Source: Candidatus Kaiserbacteria bacterium
GTDB taxonomy: Bacteria > Patescibacteriota > Minisyncoccia > Phycocordibacterales > Phycocordibacteraceae
Assembly (NCBI GenBank): GCA_023264445.1
Contig: JAHFMN010000003.1
Span: 18,421-82,420 of the forward strand
Direction of reading: 5' to 3'
DNA length: 64,000 nt
The notes under the pieces are model-generated. The model ran no database searches. It had not been told where the DNA came from and was given only the letters and a program-made list of their open reading frames with translations. The position numbers and the translations under genes are program-made. Shown here in pieces: positions 19,373 to 28,076 of this stretch; positions within the stretch are counted from its first letter, which is position 1; each line of letters starts with the position of its first letter.

Positions 19373-20350
19373 TTACTGTGTCGTGAGCGACAGCGCCATC
19401 TCCACGACCCGTTCGGTCGCACCCGTAGGCCATACCTCGCGCAGAGGACGATTCTCGAAGGGCCAGGTACCTTCCGCATATGCCGCGAGCACCCGTTTGA
19501 GTTCTTCCGGAGAATCAATGCGGGTCGTCACGCCTGCGCGGTTGCTCACTAGCTCGTCAGGTCCCTGAAGGGAAGGCCCGTAGCAGAGCACTTTTTTCCC
19601 TGCCGCTGTGGCCTGCATGAGAACGGGAGTCGCCGGACCGATGATGAGCCCGCTTTTCGAGAGCGCTTCTTCAAGCGTCGCTTCGCTTGCCATGTGCACA
19701 CGACTATCGAGATAACGATCGTATTTGTTTCTCTCATCGCGTGGATGGAGACGAATGAAAAGATTGTAGCCTTCGGGAAGCGCCGTACGTATTGCTTCAA
19801 GCATCTGATACTCGTCCGTTGTGGGAGTAGCAAAACCCGGTAGTAATGCATCCGAACGAATTGGCTGGGATATGAAAAGAATGCGTTTCTGGTCTTCGTC
19901 CGTGCGAGTGATGCCGTCGGCAAAGTGATCGAAATGCGGATTGCCGGTGATGACAAGCCGCTCAGCAGGAAATCCTTCAGCAATCATCTCTTCCTTCGCA
20001 ATATCGTCTATCACGCATACGATATCAGGCAGATACGCGAAATCCTTGGCACCGGGATTAGAGAATCTCTGCCAATAATTCGACCAGAAATCGAGTACGG
20101 CGATTACGGGTGCTGTGCCGTGCATCGCTTCGGTCACCTGCTTTTCAATGCTTGGTCCCCCGCTTGTGCCCACAACCACCACGTCGGGGTCATGCATATC
20201 ACCTTGCGGAATATCGCGTGCAGTACACATATCGCGTGCGGCCCCTTCCACTTGCGCAACGACTTCATCACCGCGTTCTATGAATGCCTTGGCAACCGGT
20301 ATGACTGAGTTCGCGCCGCCTGGATCCTGCGCTGATATGAGTACTTTCAT
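19373..20350 (-). CDS. GT-B fold protein; PseG-like UDP-sugar hydrolase or NeuC/MurG-like
   Basis: MKVLISAQDPGGANSVIPVAKAF... two Rossmann-like halves. Sits between two DegT genes in a Pse-like operon. ATGA overlap with the upstream gene. Confidence 0.5.
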   Translation of the reverse strand: MKVLISAQDPGGANSVIPVAKAFIERGDEVVAQVEGAARDMCTARDIPQGDMHDPDVVVVGTSGGPSIEKQVTEAMHGTAPVIAVLDFWSNYWQRFSNPGAKDFAYLPDIVCVIDDIAKEEMIAEGFPAERLVITGNPHFDHFADGITRTDEDQKRILFISQPIRSDALLPGFATPTTDEYQMLEAIRTALPEGYNLFIRLHPRDERNKYDRYLDSRVHMASEATLEEALSKSGLIIGPATPVLMQATAAGKKVLCYGPSLQGPDELVSNRAGVTTRIDSPEELKRVLAAYAEGTWPFENRPLREVWPTGATERVVEMALSLTTQ

Positions 20351-21549
20351 TTTTTCTTTGCCGCTGCGATGACCTCCCGCATAGCATCGGCAAACGCATC
20401 GATATGCGCCGCAGTGTAGGGATGCTGGCATACATCCGTGCCGATAAGCTCCTGCTCATGCATGCGCTCGGTCACGGGACAGATACCTTTTCGGTACTCT
20501 TGCGTCATCCCGTCGTAATCGAATGGGAAATGCGTCGCATTGAAAGCCTGTTTCTTCTGGAAAAGCGGCAAGAGATAGAGCGGCTTCACATACCCGGCTC
20601 CGATGGGAAAACCGAGCTTCTGCAATTTCGCGACGAGCTCGGCGCGCGAGATGCCGAGTTTTTTTGCATCCATCTTCATGATGTATGAGTAATAGACATG
20701 CGTATTGCCCTTCGGGATGTGCGGCGGCGTGAGCCCAGGGATGTTTGAGAGTTTTCTGGTAAGACGATTCGCAAGAGCAACACGCTTGCGGTTCAGAAAA
20801 TCAAGCTTTGACAGCTGCACCTCGGCGATAGCGGCAGTCACTTCCGTCATGCGGTAATTACTGCCGAAGATAGGTCCCGCGGCGTAGCCGGGCATGCCGG
20901 GCACGACCGATTCGCCATGATTACGTGCGAGCTGCGCGCGAAGCGCGAATGTCTTGTTATTGGTTACTAGCACCCCGCCCTCGCCTGATTGAATCTGCTT
21001 GTGCACATTGAAGCTGAAGACGCCGATGTCTCCCACTGTGCCTGTGTACTGCCCCTGCCACGTCGCTCCGGCTGACTGTGCATTGTCCTCTATGACCGAG
21101 AGCTTGTGCTTTTTGGCGAGCGCAAGGAGCGCGCCCATGTGTCCGGTCTGGCCGAAGAGGTTGACCATCATCACCGCCTTCGTGCGCTTCGTTATCTTTT
21201 TCTCCACAGACTTCGGATCAATACAGAATGTGTCGGGGTCGATATCGGCGAATATCGGCACGGCGCCGTTCATAAGGACTGCGGTTGCAGAAGCTGACAT
21301 CGTGTAGGGCGGCACGATGACTTCGTCTCCGGGACCAATGGATAGCGCGACGACTGCGCCATGCAGCGCGGTCGTCGCAGAATTGAAGGAAACGACATGC
21401 CTGACCTTAAATTTTTTCGCGAACGCCGATTCAAATCGCTTCACGACCGGACCGCCGAAAAAATCCGCGCTCGCATCGCCGACGAAGCCGGATAGCGGAC
21501 CCTTCTTAAGCACGGCGGTTACCGCTCGTATTTCGCGTGCGTCTATCAT
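20347..21549 (-). CDS. DegT/DnrJ/EryC1/StrS family PLP sugar aminotransferase
   Basis: VIVPPYTMSASA...VIEDNAQSAGA...FSFNVHKQIQSGEGG. Start chosen at MIDAREIRAV (21549); alternative M at 21594. Confidence 0.8.
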   Translation of the reverse strand: MIDAREIRAVTAVLKKGPLSGFVGDASADFFGGPVVKRFESAFAKKFKVRHVVSFNSATTALHGAVVALSIGPGDEVIVPPYTMSASATAVLMNGAVPIFADIDPDTFCIDPKSVEKKITKRTKAVMMVNLFGQTGHMGALLALAKKHKLSVIEDNAQSAGATWQGQYTGTVGDIGVFSFNVHKQIQSGEGGVLVTNNKTFALRAQLARNHGESVVPGMPGYAAGPIFGSNYRMTEVTAAIAEVQLSKLDFLNRKRVALANRLTRKLSNIPGLTPPHIPKGNTHVYYSYIMKMDAKKLGISRAELVAKLQKLGFPIGAGYVKPLYLLPLFQKKQAFNATHFPFDYDGMTQEYRKGICPVTERMHEQELIGTDVCQHPYTAAHIDAFADAMREVIAAAKKK

Positions 21550-21574
21550 GTAGACGGGCGGAAAGGTTATCTTG

Positions 21575-22564
21575 TTATTTCTTTTTTTGCGCATGTTTTT
21601 TTATTTCTTCCAAGAGTTCCACGACGGCGCGACCGTTCTCTACGCCGCTTTCTGGCCGTTCACGATTCGTGAGGTACTGGGCGGCGCGATCAAGGGCATG
21701 TGCGGGAGCTCCGCGCCGTACCGTCGCGCGTGCGCGGTCAAGCGCGCGCTCGCCTTTGTAGGAAGATGATCGGGCGGGCGTCTCAATGAGCGCATCGCTA
21801 TTATCGAGCAATGCCCGCTCGCCTTTGCTTCCTAGTATGCGGATATCAAATATGCCGTACGCCTTCTGGTCGATACTTTGCAGGACAACGCGAGTGCCTG
21901 TTTTTGTCTCCAGAACGGCGTCTACACATGAATCGCCCGATGGATGCATCGCCTTCGGATTGGTCCGTGCCCACACTGCGTGCATGTCTTCGCCGAGGAG
22001 ATACTGAAGCGCATCCAATGCATGTCCACCATTATTGTATAACCCGTTGCTGTAGTAACAGGTCACCTGCTGTATGGTGCCGAGCGCGCCCGAATGAATA
22101 TCGCGGCGCACGCGCGCCATAAGCGGTGAGAATCGCCGCTGATAGTTGACCACGAACACTCCTTTGTCTTTGGAAACCATGCGAGCTATGGCGCGCGCGT
22201 CACGTGCGGTTTCTGCAAGCGGTTTCTCGCAGACGATAGCGCGCACGCCAGCACGAAGGCATTCCTGGATAGGGACGAGACGGACAGACGGCGGCGTTGC
22301 AATCACGACGATATCAGGACGTTCTTTCTGCAGGCACTCGCGCACGGAACGGTATCGCCCTACTTTGGGAAAAATCTTTCCCGCGCGCAGGAGCGCTTTT
22401 GCGTTCGTATCAACGAGCGCAACTAATTCAGTCTTCGGGTTTGCCTGTGCGACGCCGGCATGGCTCGCCGGCTTTCTCCGAAGTGGTTCCGCTTCGTAGA
22501 GCACTCCCACCCTTCCGCATCCGATGATGGCGACGCGATACGGGGCTGGTGTGTTGCGGCGCAT
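21575..22564 (-). CDS. Gfo/Idh/MocA family NAD(P)-dependent oxidoreductase
   Basis: VAIIGCGRVG Rossmann motif, EKP motif (IVCEKPLA), 329 aa. Confidence 0.8.
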   Translation of the reverse strand: MRRNTPAPYRVAIIGCGRVGVLYEAEPLRRKPASHAGVAQANPKTELVALVDTNAKALLRAGKIFPKVGRYRSVRECLQKERPDIVVIATPPSVRLVPIQECLRAGVRAIVCEKPLAETARDARAIARMVSKDKGVFVVNYQRRFSPLMARVRRDIHSGALGTIQQVTCYYSNGLYNNGGHALDALQYLLGEDMHAVWARTNPKAMHPSGDSCVDAVLETKTGTRVVLQSIDQKAYGIFDIRILGSKGERALLDNSDALIETPARSSSYKGERALDRARATVRRGAPAHALDRAAQYLTNRERPESGVENGRAVVELLEEIKKHAQKKK

Positions 22565-22566
22565 GA

Positions 22567-23571
22567 CTACGGCGCAAAAAGGTTCTTAGCTTCTTTTTGC
22601 GAAAGGAGGAATTTCTTATTGTTGCTCATATAGAGGAATGATTTCGGGGCGGAGCGGTAGCGCAAGAGCCAGTCGGCATTGCCTCCCCTGTGCACGATGG
22701 CGAACATGCGCGGGAGCTCGCACGTGCGATGCACTTCGTACTGCGTGAGCAATACCTCGTGCAGTTTCTCGCCCGGGCGCATACCGATGACTTGCACTTT
22801 GCATTCCGGCGCAAGTAGTTTGACGACATCCATGATGGGCATGTGCTTCATTTTCGGGACGAAGATCTCGCCGCCCTGCATGAGCGCGAGCGCTTCGAGC
22901 ACGATGTCCATCACCGACTCGATGCGTATCCAAAATCGCGTCATCTCCTTATGCGTCACGGTGATGGTGCCAGTCTGTTTCTGTCGGTCTATGAGCTCCA
23001 CGAACGAGCCCCGGCTGCCAATAACGTTGCCGTAGCGTATGACGCTGAGCGCGGTGTTGCTGTTGTCGCCGACATATGAATTTGCCGCGATGAAGAGCTT
23101 CTCTGCGGCCATCTTGGTCGCACCATAGAGATTGATGGGCTCGACCGCCTTGTCGGAAGAAATAAGTAATACCTTAGACACCTTCTTATCAAGCGCCGCA
23201 TCTATGACGTTCTTGCTTCCGATGATGTTCGTCTGTATCGCCTCAAACGGATTGTATTCGATGGAGTCCACACGCTTCAGCGCCGCCGCATGCACGACGA
23301 TGTCCACTCCCTCAAAGGCACGCCGGAGACGCTCCGGATCGCGGATGTCGCCGATAAAGAAGCGCAGGCGCGGTTCATCGCGATGCAGGGCGGCGAGCTC
23401 GCTCTGCTTGAGCTCATCGCGGCTAAACACGATGATCTTGGCGATGCCGGGGACTGCCGAGAGGCGCTTGATGAAGGCACGACCAAAGGTACCGGTGCCC
23501 CCCGTGATAAGGATGGTCTTGCCCTTCAAAAAGTCAGTGGGGGCTTGCCAGGAAGCCTTTTTTATAGCCAT
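22567..23571 (-). CDS. pseB: UDP-GlcNAc 4,6-dehydratase (PseB/FlaA1/PglF-like, Polysacc_synt_2)
   Basis: ILITGGTGTFG...YGATKMAAE (YxxxK), 334 aa, typical short PseB/FlaA1 length. Confidence 0.85.
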   Translation of the reverse strand: MAIKKASWQAPTDFLKGKTILITGGTGTFGRAFIKRLSAVPGIAKIIVFSRDELKQSELAALHRDEPRLRFFIGDIRDPERLRRAFEGVDIVVHAAALKRVDSIEYNPFEAIQTNIIGSKNVIDAALDKKVSKVLLISSDKAVEPINLYGATKMAAEKLFIAANSYVGDNSNTALSVIRYGNVIGSRGSFVELIDRQKQTGTITVTHKEMTRFWIRIESVMDIVLEALALMQGGEIFVPKMKHMPIMDVVKLLAPECKVQVIGMRPGEKLHEVLLTQYEVHRTCELPRMFAIVHRGGNADWLLRYRSAPKSFLYMSNNKKFLLSQKEAKNLFAP

Positions 23572-23634
23572 AGTCGCGGCATTGTAGCTCGTATGCTTAT
23601 AAAACTCAATAATTCTGCCTTTGGTTGCCTGAAG

Positions 23635-24645
23635 TCAGAAATCCTTTACGCCAATCCATAGAGGCACAGGGTCGCCGCCGAGATGCCGCTTGAAGTCCGC
23701 AATGGCGGCCTCTTTCTCCGTACTGCCGGTTTGCCATCCCATATCGTACCGCTCGAACCCTCGGCGTTTGAGCTCCTGCATGATCCGCCACTGAATGAAC
23801 TGGCCGATGCCGCGCAGATTGCGATACTGCGGATCGGTCGCAGCCATGCCATAGGAAGCGCAGCGCTTATATATTGTGACGAGTGCTCCGGAAAGATAGC
23901 CGCCTGCATGCTCCTGACGGAGGAGCGCCAGGAGCGCGTGCCCAGAGCGCACGCGCCCGAGCAGCTCTCGCGTGCGCTCTGGCGACCCTATCGGCCGACC
24001 CGCTGCTAACGCATAGAGGTCGGTGAATGCTGTCCACGCCTCTTCGGTGATCGTATCGCTATCAAAGAAATCTGTCTTGTATCCCTGTTTCTCCGCAAAC
24101 GTAATATCCGACCTATTTCCTTTGGAGACGCGTGAACGGAGTGTGTCCTCGTCGTGGCGCAGGTCCATGATATACGTCACCGTGCTCGTATCGGCATATC
24201 CGAACTGGAGAAAGGGATTAGTGGCGAATGCGGCATCAGTAAGCGGGTCAATGAACATCCTGCTGCGCGCGATGCCGAGCGTGAGCGCGAGTCGATCAAT
24301 CTCTTTCATGCATGCGGCGTAGATTGCTGCCTGTTCACTCGGAGAGAGTGCGTCAGCAAGCGCAGGCGAAGGGTTCGGCAAACTGTGCGTATCGGACGGG
24401 CGTGTATTGACGCTGAAGGCGAATTCCCGTCCCTTCGTAGCGATGAGTGGCTCAATGATGAGAGGCGCGATGGCGACAAGTGTTGCTCCTTCTTTCATGC
24501 CGAAAGAACGGTCCTCGCTACTCTCATCTAGCGCGAGCGCCGCGCGCCGACCGTCGCTTCGGTGACGTATCCAGGCTCCGGGCGACGCGTCGCAGAATGC
24601 ATCCCATTGTGCATCCCCTATATCCTGATGTTGAACGACCTCCAT
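23635..24645 (-). CDS. FemAB-family/GNAT-fold acyl- or aminoacyl-transferase
   Basis: 337 aa from MEVVQHQDIGDAQWDAFCD; two GNAT-like halves typical of FemABX proteins. Start chosen 5 nt after the upstream stop. Confidence 0.5.
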   Translation of the reverse strand: MEVVQHQDIGDAQWDAFCDASPGAWIRHRSDGRRAALALDESSEDRSFGMKEGATLVAIAPLIIEPLIATKGREFAFSVNTRPSDTHSLPNPSPALADALSPSEQAAIYAACMKEIDRLALTLGIARSRMFIDPLTDAAFATNPFLQFGYADTSTVTYIMDLRHDEDTLRSRVSKGNRSDITFAEKQGYKTDFFDSDTITEEAWTAFTDLYALAAGRPIGSPERTRELLGRVRSGHALLALLRQEHAGGYLSGALVTIYKRCASYGMAATDPQYRNLRGIGQFIQWRIMQELKRRGFERYDMGWQTGSTEKEAAIADFKRHLGGDPVPLWIGVKDF

Positions 24646-24649
24646 AGCG

Positions 24650-25558
24650 CTATCCCTGCGTTTTGCGTACGATCTGGATGATTCGCTCGATATCGCGGAC
24701 CGAAAGGGCCTGGTGGCACGGAAGCGCGACACATTCGACGAAGCGAGGATTGAGCATATTGCGATTGACATCGAAGTGATACACACCGCTTTCAAATCCT
24801 GCACGTTCGAGAGCGCGTGCGACCAAAGCATTTTTTGCGCCGCAAAAGAGCGGCACCATCCAAGGCACGACCGTGCTATTTGTCATGAGCTTTTCTTCTT
24901 TTGTGCCCCATACCGCCTTCCGTAGCATTTCGAAATTTCGACGACGGACCTCGACTGCTCCTTTTTTGTACTCAAGGAGAGCGACGGCTTTCGCGGCAGC
25001 CGGACATTTCGTCAGTCGGTCATAGACCGCATAAGCGCGCGCCACCTCCGTGCCGCCCTTACGCAAGCCTTGCATTACCTCGCGTTCGCAGCGCTTGTCG
25101 TGATGACGATACTCGCGTGCGACGAACTGCCGCAGTTTCCTATCTTTTGCGGAGAGCGCGCCGCCGACCGGCGTTGAAAAGAATTTCGAGAGACTCCAGA
25201 GAGCCACTCTGCCGAACGTCCCGACCCGTTTGCCGTTATAGGTGCTATCGATAGTATGCGCACAGTCTTCGATGAGGTATAGCTTGTGTGTGCGGGCAAA
25301 CTTCTCTATCGCTTCCATGTGTTGCGGGAATCCCCACTGGTGGTACACCATAAGCGCTCGGACTTTCTTGTTCATCACCATTGTCGGGAAACAATAGGCA
25401 TGCATTGTCATGTACACCCAGGTGCCGAGCCATTCGGACACGAGCACCTGCGCGCTCTTGTCGTTGAGTACCCTTTCGTGCCGTAAGAAGCGCAGTATGA
25501 CCGCAATAGCCGATTTTCCCGAAAAAATATACTGCGTTCCTTTTGGGAAAGGGCTCAT
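24650..25558 (-). CDS. Short, divergent DegT-family PLP enzyme (lacks about 40 N-terminal residues)
   Basis: LIEDCAHTIDSTYNGKRVGTFGRVALWSLSKFFSTPVGG aligns with the DegT PLP-lysine region. No room for a longer N-terminus because of the upstream methyltransferase. Confidence 0.55.
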   Translation of the reverse strand: MSPFPKGTQYIFSGKSAIAVILRFLRHERVLNDKSAQVLVSEWLGTWVYMTMHAYCFPTMVMNKKVRALMVYHQWGFPQHMEAIEKFARTHKLYLIEDCAHTIDSTYNGKRVGTFGRVALWSLSKFFSTPVGGALSAKDRKLRQFVAREYRHHDKRCEREVMQGLRKGGTEVARAYAVYDRLTKCPAAAKAVALLEYKKGAVEVRRRNFEMLRKAVWGTKEEKLMTNSTVVPWMVPLFCGAKNALVARALERAGFESGVYHFDVNRNMLNPRFVECVALPCHQALSVRDIERIIQIVRKTQG

Positions 25559-26256
25559 GGCTTCTTCGCTGATATGCCGAGATATTCGACTTCCTGTGTC
25601 ATGTCTTTGTACGTGCGCAGTACCCGCTCGATATGGATATCAACGAAGCCAGCGGCCTTGAGCATCTTCTTCGCGAGCGGCGCAGTGAGAAAGCACGTGA
25701 TGCCGTTGTTTGGATATGGCACATCCTGATTCGGCGTGTTGTCGGTCGTATAGCGATCCAGCTTTTTCCCGCCGCCTTTCTTGAAATTGATGCTTGCCGC
25801 TCCCAAGTGCCAGCTGAAGAATCTTCCGCCCGGCTTGAGACAGCGGAAAATCTCCGCGAATGTCTGCTCATGACCTTTGAGCGTCGTGTGCTCTATAGAA
25901 AAGACGTCAACGATGGCGTCGAAGAAATTGGCCTTGTACGGGAGCACTCGCATATTGCCCACGCGCAGTGTCGCGCTCGTGCCATAGCTTTTGAGCATTT
26001 CTTTACAGAGTGGCAGCGCACTCTTGGCGATGTCCAGCCCATAGGCATCAAAACCCTCCCGAGCGATGACCCAGAGGTTCGCCCCGCTTCCGCACCCGAC
26101 TTCAAGTATGCGCGTCTTCTTGCGCTCGACTCTCGGGCGTGAGAAGTAATGCTCAGCTAGAAACTGAATCATCGGCTCGTTCGGATACCGGCGCTGGGAG
26201 GCGGATCCCCTCACCTTGAAATGCGCCTCAAACTCAAGATTATCGATGGTAGACAT
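25555..26256 (-). CDS. Class I SAM-dependent methyltransferase
   Basis: ILEVGCGSGANLW motif I; start at MSTIDNLEFE (26256). Confidence 0.75.
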   Translation of the reverse strand: MSTIDNLEFEAHFKVRGSASQRRYPNEPMIQFLAEHYFSRPRVERKKTRILEVGCGSGANLWVIAREGFDAYGLDIAKSALPLCKEMLKSYGTSATLRVGNMRVLPYKANFFDAIVDVFSIEHTTLKGHEQTFAEIFRCLKPGGRFFSWHLGAASINFKKGGGKKLDRYTTDNTPNQDVPYPNNGITCFLTAPLAKKMLKAAGFVDIHIERVLRTYKDMTQEVEYLGISAKKP

Positions 26257-26279
26257 TACGAGGTAGAATACAGCGGAAG

Positions 26280-26984
26280 ATGAAAAATCTCTATTGGGTC
26301 TTCTCCAAGCTCTCTCGGGTGAAGGATATCCCGCGGTACATAGTTGAACTGCCAAGCTACCTGCGAGGTTACGCATGCGCGACGACGCGGTGGGGAGATC
26401 GCATGAAGGTTCCCTTTCCGGAGTTCCGTTCGATAGTGGAGAAGGGATATATAACCGGGCATGGAGAAGAGGGAGTATACGAATATCTTGATTCGCACCT
26501 GACGGACAACGATATCTTCTTTGATGTGGGAGCGAACGCCGGATTCTATACGCTTCTTGCCAACCACAGGGGAGCGCGCGTCTATTCTTTTGAACCGTTC
26601 CCGAGCACGTTTGAGATGCTGCACGGAAACGTGCGCACCAATTGCAATGAAAAGCGCGTGACGATACTTCCCTATGCAGTCTCCGAGCATGAAGGTACCG
26701 TGCATATGCGCAAGATGCACACGGCAGGCGTCAACCTTGTTTCTCCGGACGGGAATGTACCGGTGCAGGCAATCAGCTTGGATGGATTCGATGTCGTGCC
26801 GACAGTCATGAAGGTGGACGTCGAGGGACACGAACTAAGCGTGTTCAAAGGAGCCCAGATTATGCTACGGAAACATATGCCAGCGATAATCGCGGAAGTA
26901 TCGCCCGAGTCCCGAGACTACCTCGTCTCGCTTGGCTATACGGCGACGCTCCTCGGCAAGACGAATTATCTCTTCAGCAGATAA
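26280..26984 (+). CDS. FkbM-family methyltransferase
   Basis: FFDVGANAGFYT...MKVDVEGHELSV, characteristic of Methyltransf_21/FkbM. Alternative start 26403. Confidence 0.7.
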   Translation: MKNLYWVFSKLSRVKDIPRYIVELPSYLRGYACATTRWGDRMKVPFPEFRSIVEKGYITGHGEEGVYEYLDSHLTDNDIFFDVGANAGFYTLLANHRGARVYSFEPFPSTFEMLHGNVRTNCNEKRVTILPYAVSEHEGTVHMRKMHTAGVNLVSPDGNVPVQAISLDGFDVVPTVMKVDVEGHELSVFKGAQIMLRKHMPAIIAEVSPESRDYLVSLGYTATLLGKTNYLFSR

Positions 26985-26987
26985 TTC

Positions 26988-28061
26988 CTACGGCAGACCG
27001 AAAAACTCCTTCAGTGAACGCTCGCGTTCAGCAAGGTAGCGGCGGAGGTATGTCGCATCCAGAAATTTTTCCATACTCCATACCGCGCGTGACATTCCAC
27101 CAGAAAATCCTTCCTTGAAATCACTGATGCTACGCTCCTTATCGCTCATAATGCGCGTAAACGAAGACGGGGATGGGTAGAGCGGCATGAGGAATTCGCG
27201 GACGTCGCGGCGCTCAAGCTCCTCAAGCGCGCGCAGACGCAGCATATGCCCCACACGCTTTGGAGCGAATGCTGGATCGATGGCGACCGAATTATCGAAT
27301 GCCGCATGCTTGTAAACGGATACGAGCAACATGCCTGCAAGATTACCGGTTTCCCTATCTCGCGCGCGCACGAAGAATGCTTCCCCGGCTCGCGCGAGAT
27401 CGGCCTGACGCGCGTAACTCTCCCGAGAGCGTACCTGTTTGCCCGAATCGAGCACGTGCAAGCGGTAATACATCTCCTCCGCATCAGCATCAACTGTATG
27501 CCCTTCGAGAATATCGAAATTGAATAGTGGGGAAAATTTCCTGTCATAGCGGCGATATCGCTCGCGCGTACGCGCCACAGCGCCTTGGACCTCTACCGCA
27601 TGCAGGAGTGTTTGCGTCGCGATGTAGTGATGCACCCGTGTTGCGCGTTCCACCCGTTCTTGCTCATCCGCACGCGCGATTGGTGCAAAAAAATTTATTC
27701 CGATACAGCCCGCGCCTGCGGCGCGGGCGCGGCGTTCAAGTTCAGCAAACGCAAAATCCTCCATCTCCTCCGTGACAGTGAGTGGCCATGGCAACATGCC
27801 GTAATACGCTGCTTCAACCCATAATCCACCATATCGTTCGCGACGCTGGATGATAAGCGGACAGAGTCCAATGGGGATCTCATTCTCGTATATGAAAAAC
27901 GAATGATCCTTTGCTTCGAACGATTGTCCCGCCGCGAGCACGTATACATGCCAGTGCCAAGTGTGCCAAAACCACGAGTACGGTGAACGTTCGACAAGCG
28001 AATCCCAGAGTGCCTGAGCATCCGGTACTTCGCTAACCTCGCGTGCGGTAAATTGAGCCAT
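26988..28061 (-). CDS. FemAB-like/GNAT-fold acyltransferase (second paralog)
   Basis: 357 aa; architecture and size similar to 23635..24645. Converges on the FkbM gene with a 3-nt gap. Confidence 0.4.
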   Translation of the reverse strand: MAQFTAREVSEVPDAQALWDSLVERSPYSWFWHTWHWHVYVLAAGQSFEAKDHSFFIYENEIPIGLCPLIIQRRERYGGLWVEAAYYGMLPWPLTVTEEMEDFAFAELERRARAAGAGCIGINFFAPIARADEQERVERATRVHHYIATQTLLHAVEVQGAVARTRERYRRYDRKFSPLFNFDILEGHTVDADAEEMYYRLHVLDSGKQVRSRESYARQADLARAGEAFFVRARDRETGNLAGMLLVSVYKHAAFDNSVAIDPAFAPKRVGHMLRLRALEELERRDVREFLMPLYPSPSSFTRIMSDKERSISDFKEGFSGGMSRAVWSMEKFLDATYLRRYLAERERSLKEFFGLP

Positions 28062-28076
28062 GCTAGACAGTATGCC

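Noticed and set aside
26256-26831. 191-aa minus-strand ORF overlapping the FkbM methyltransferase gene
   Set aside because: Antisense to a gene with clear FkbM motifs; no recognisable features. Retained only as an alternative in the strand-switch finding.
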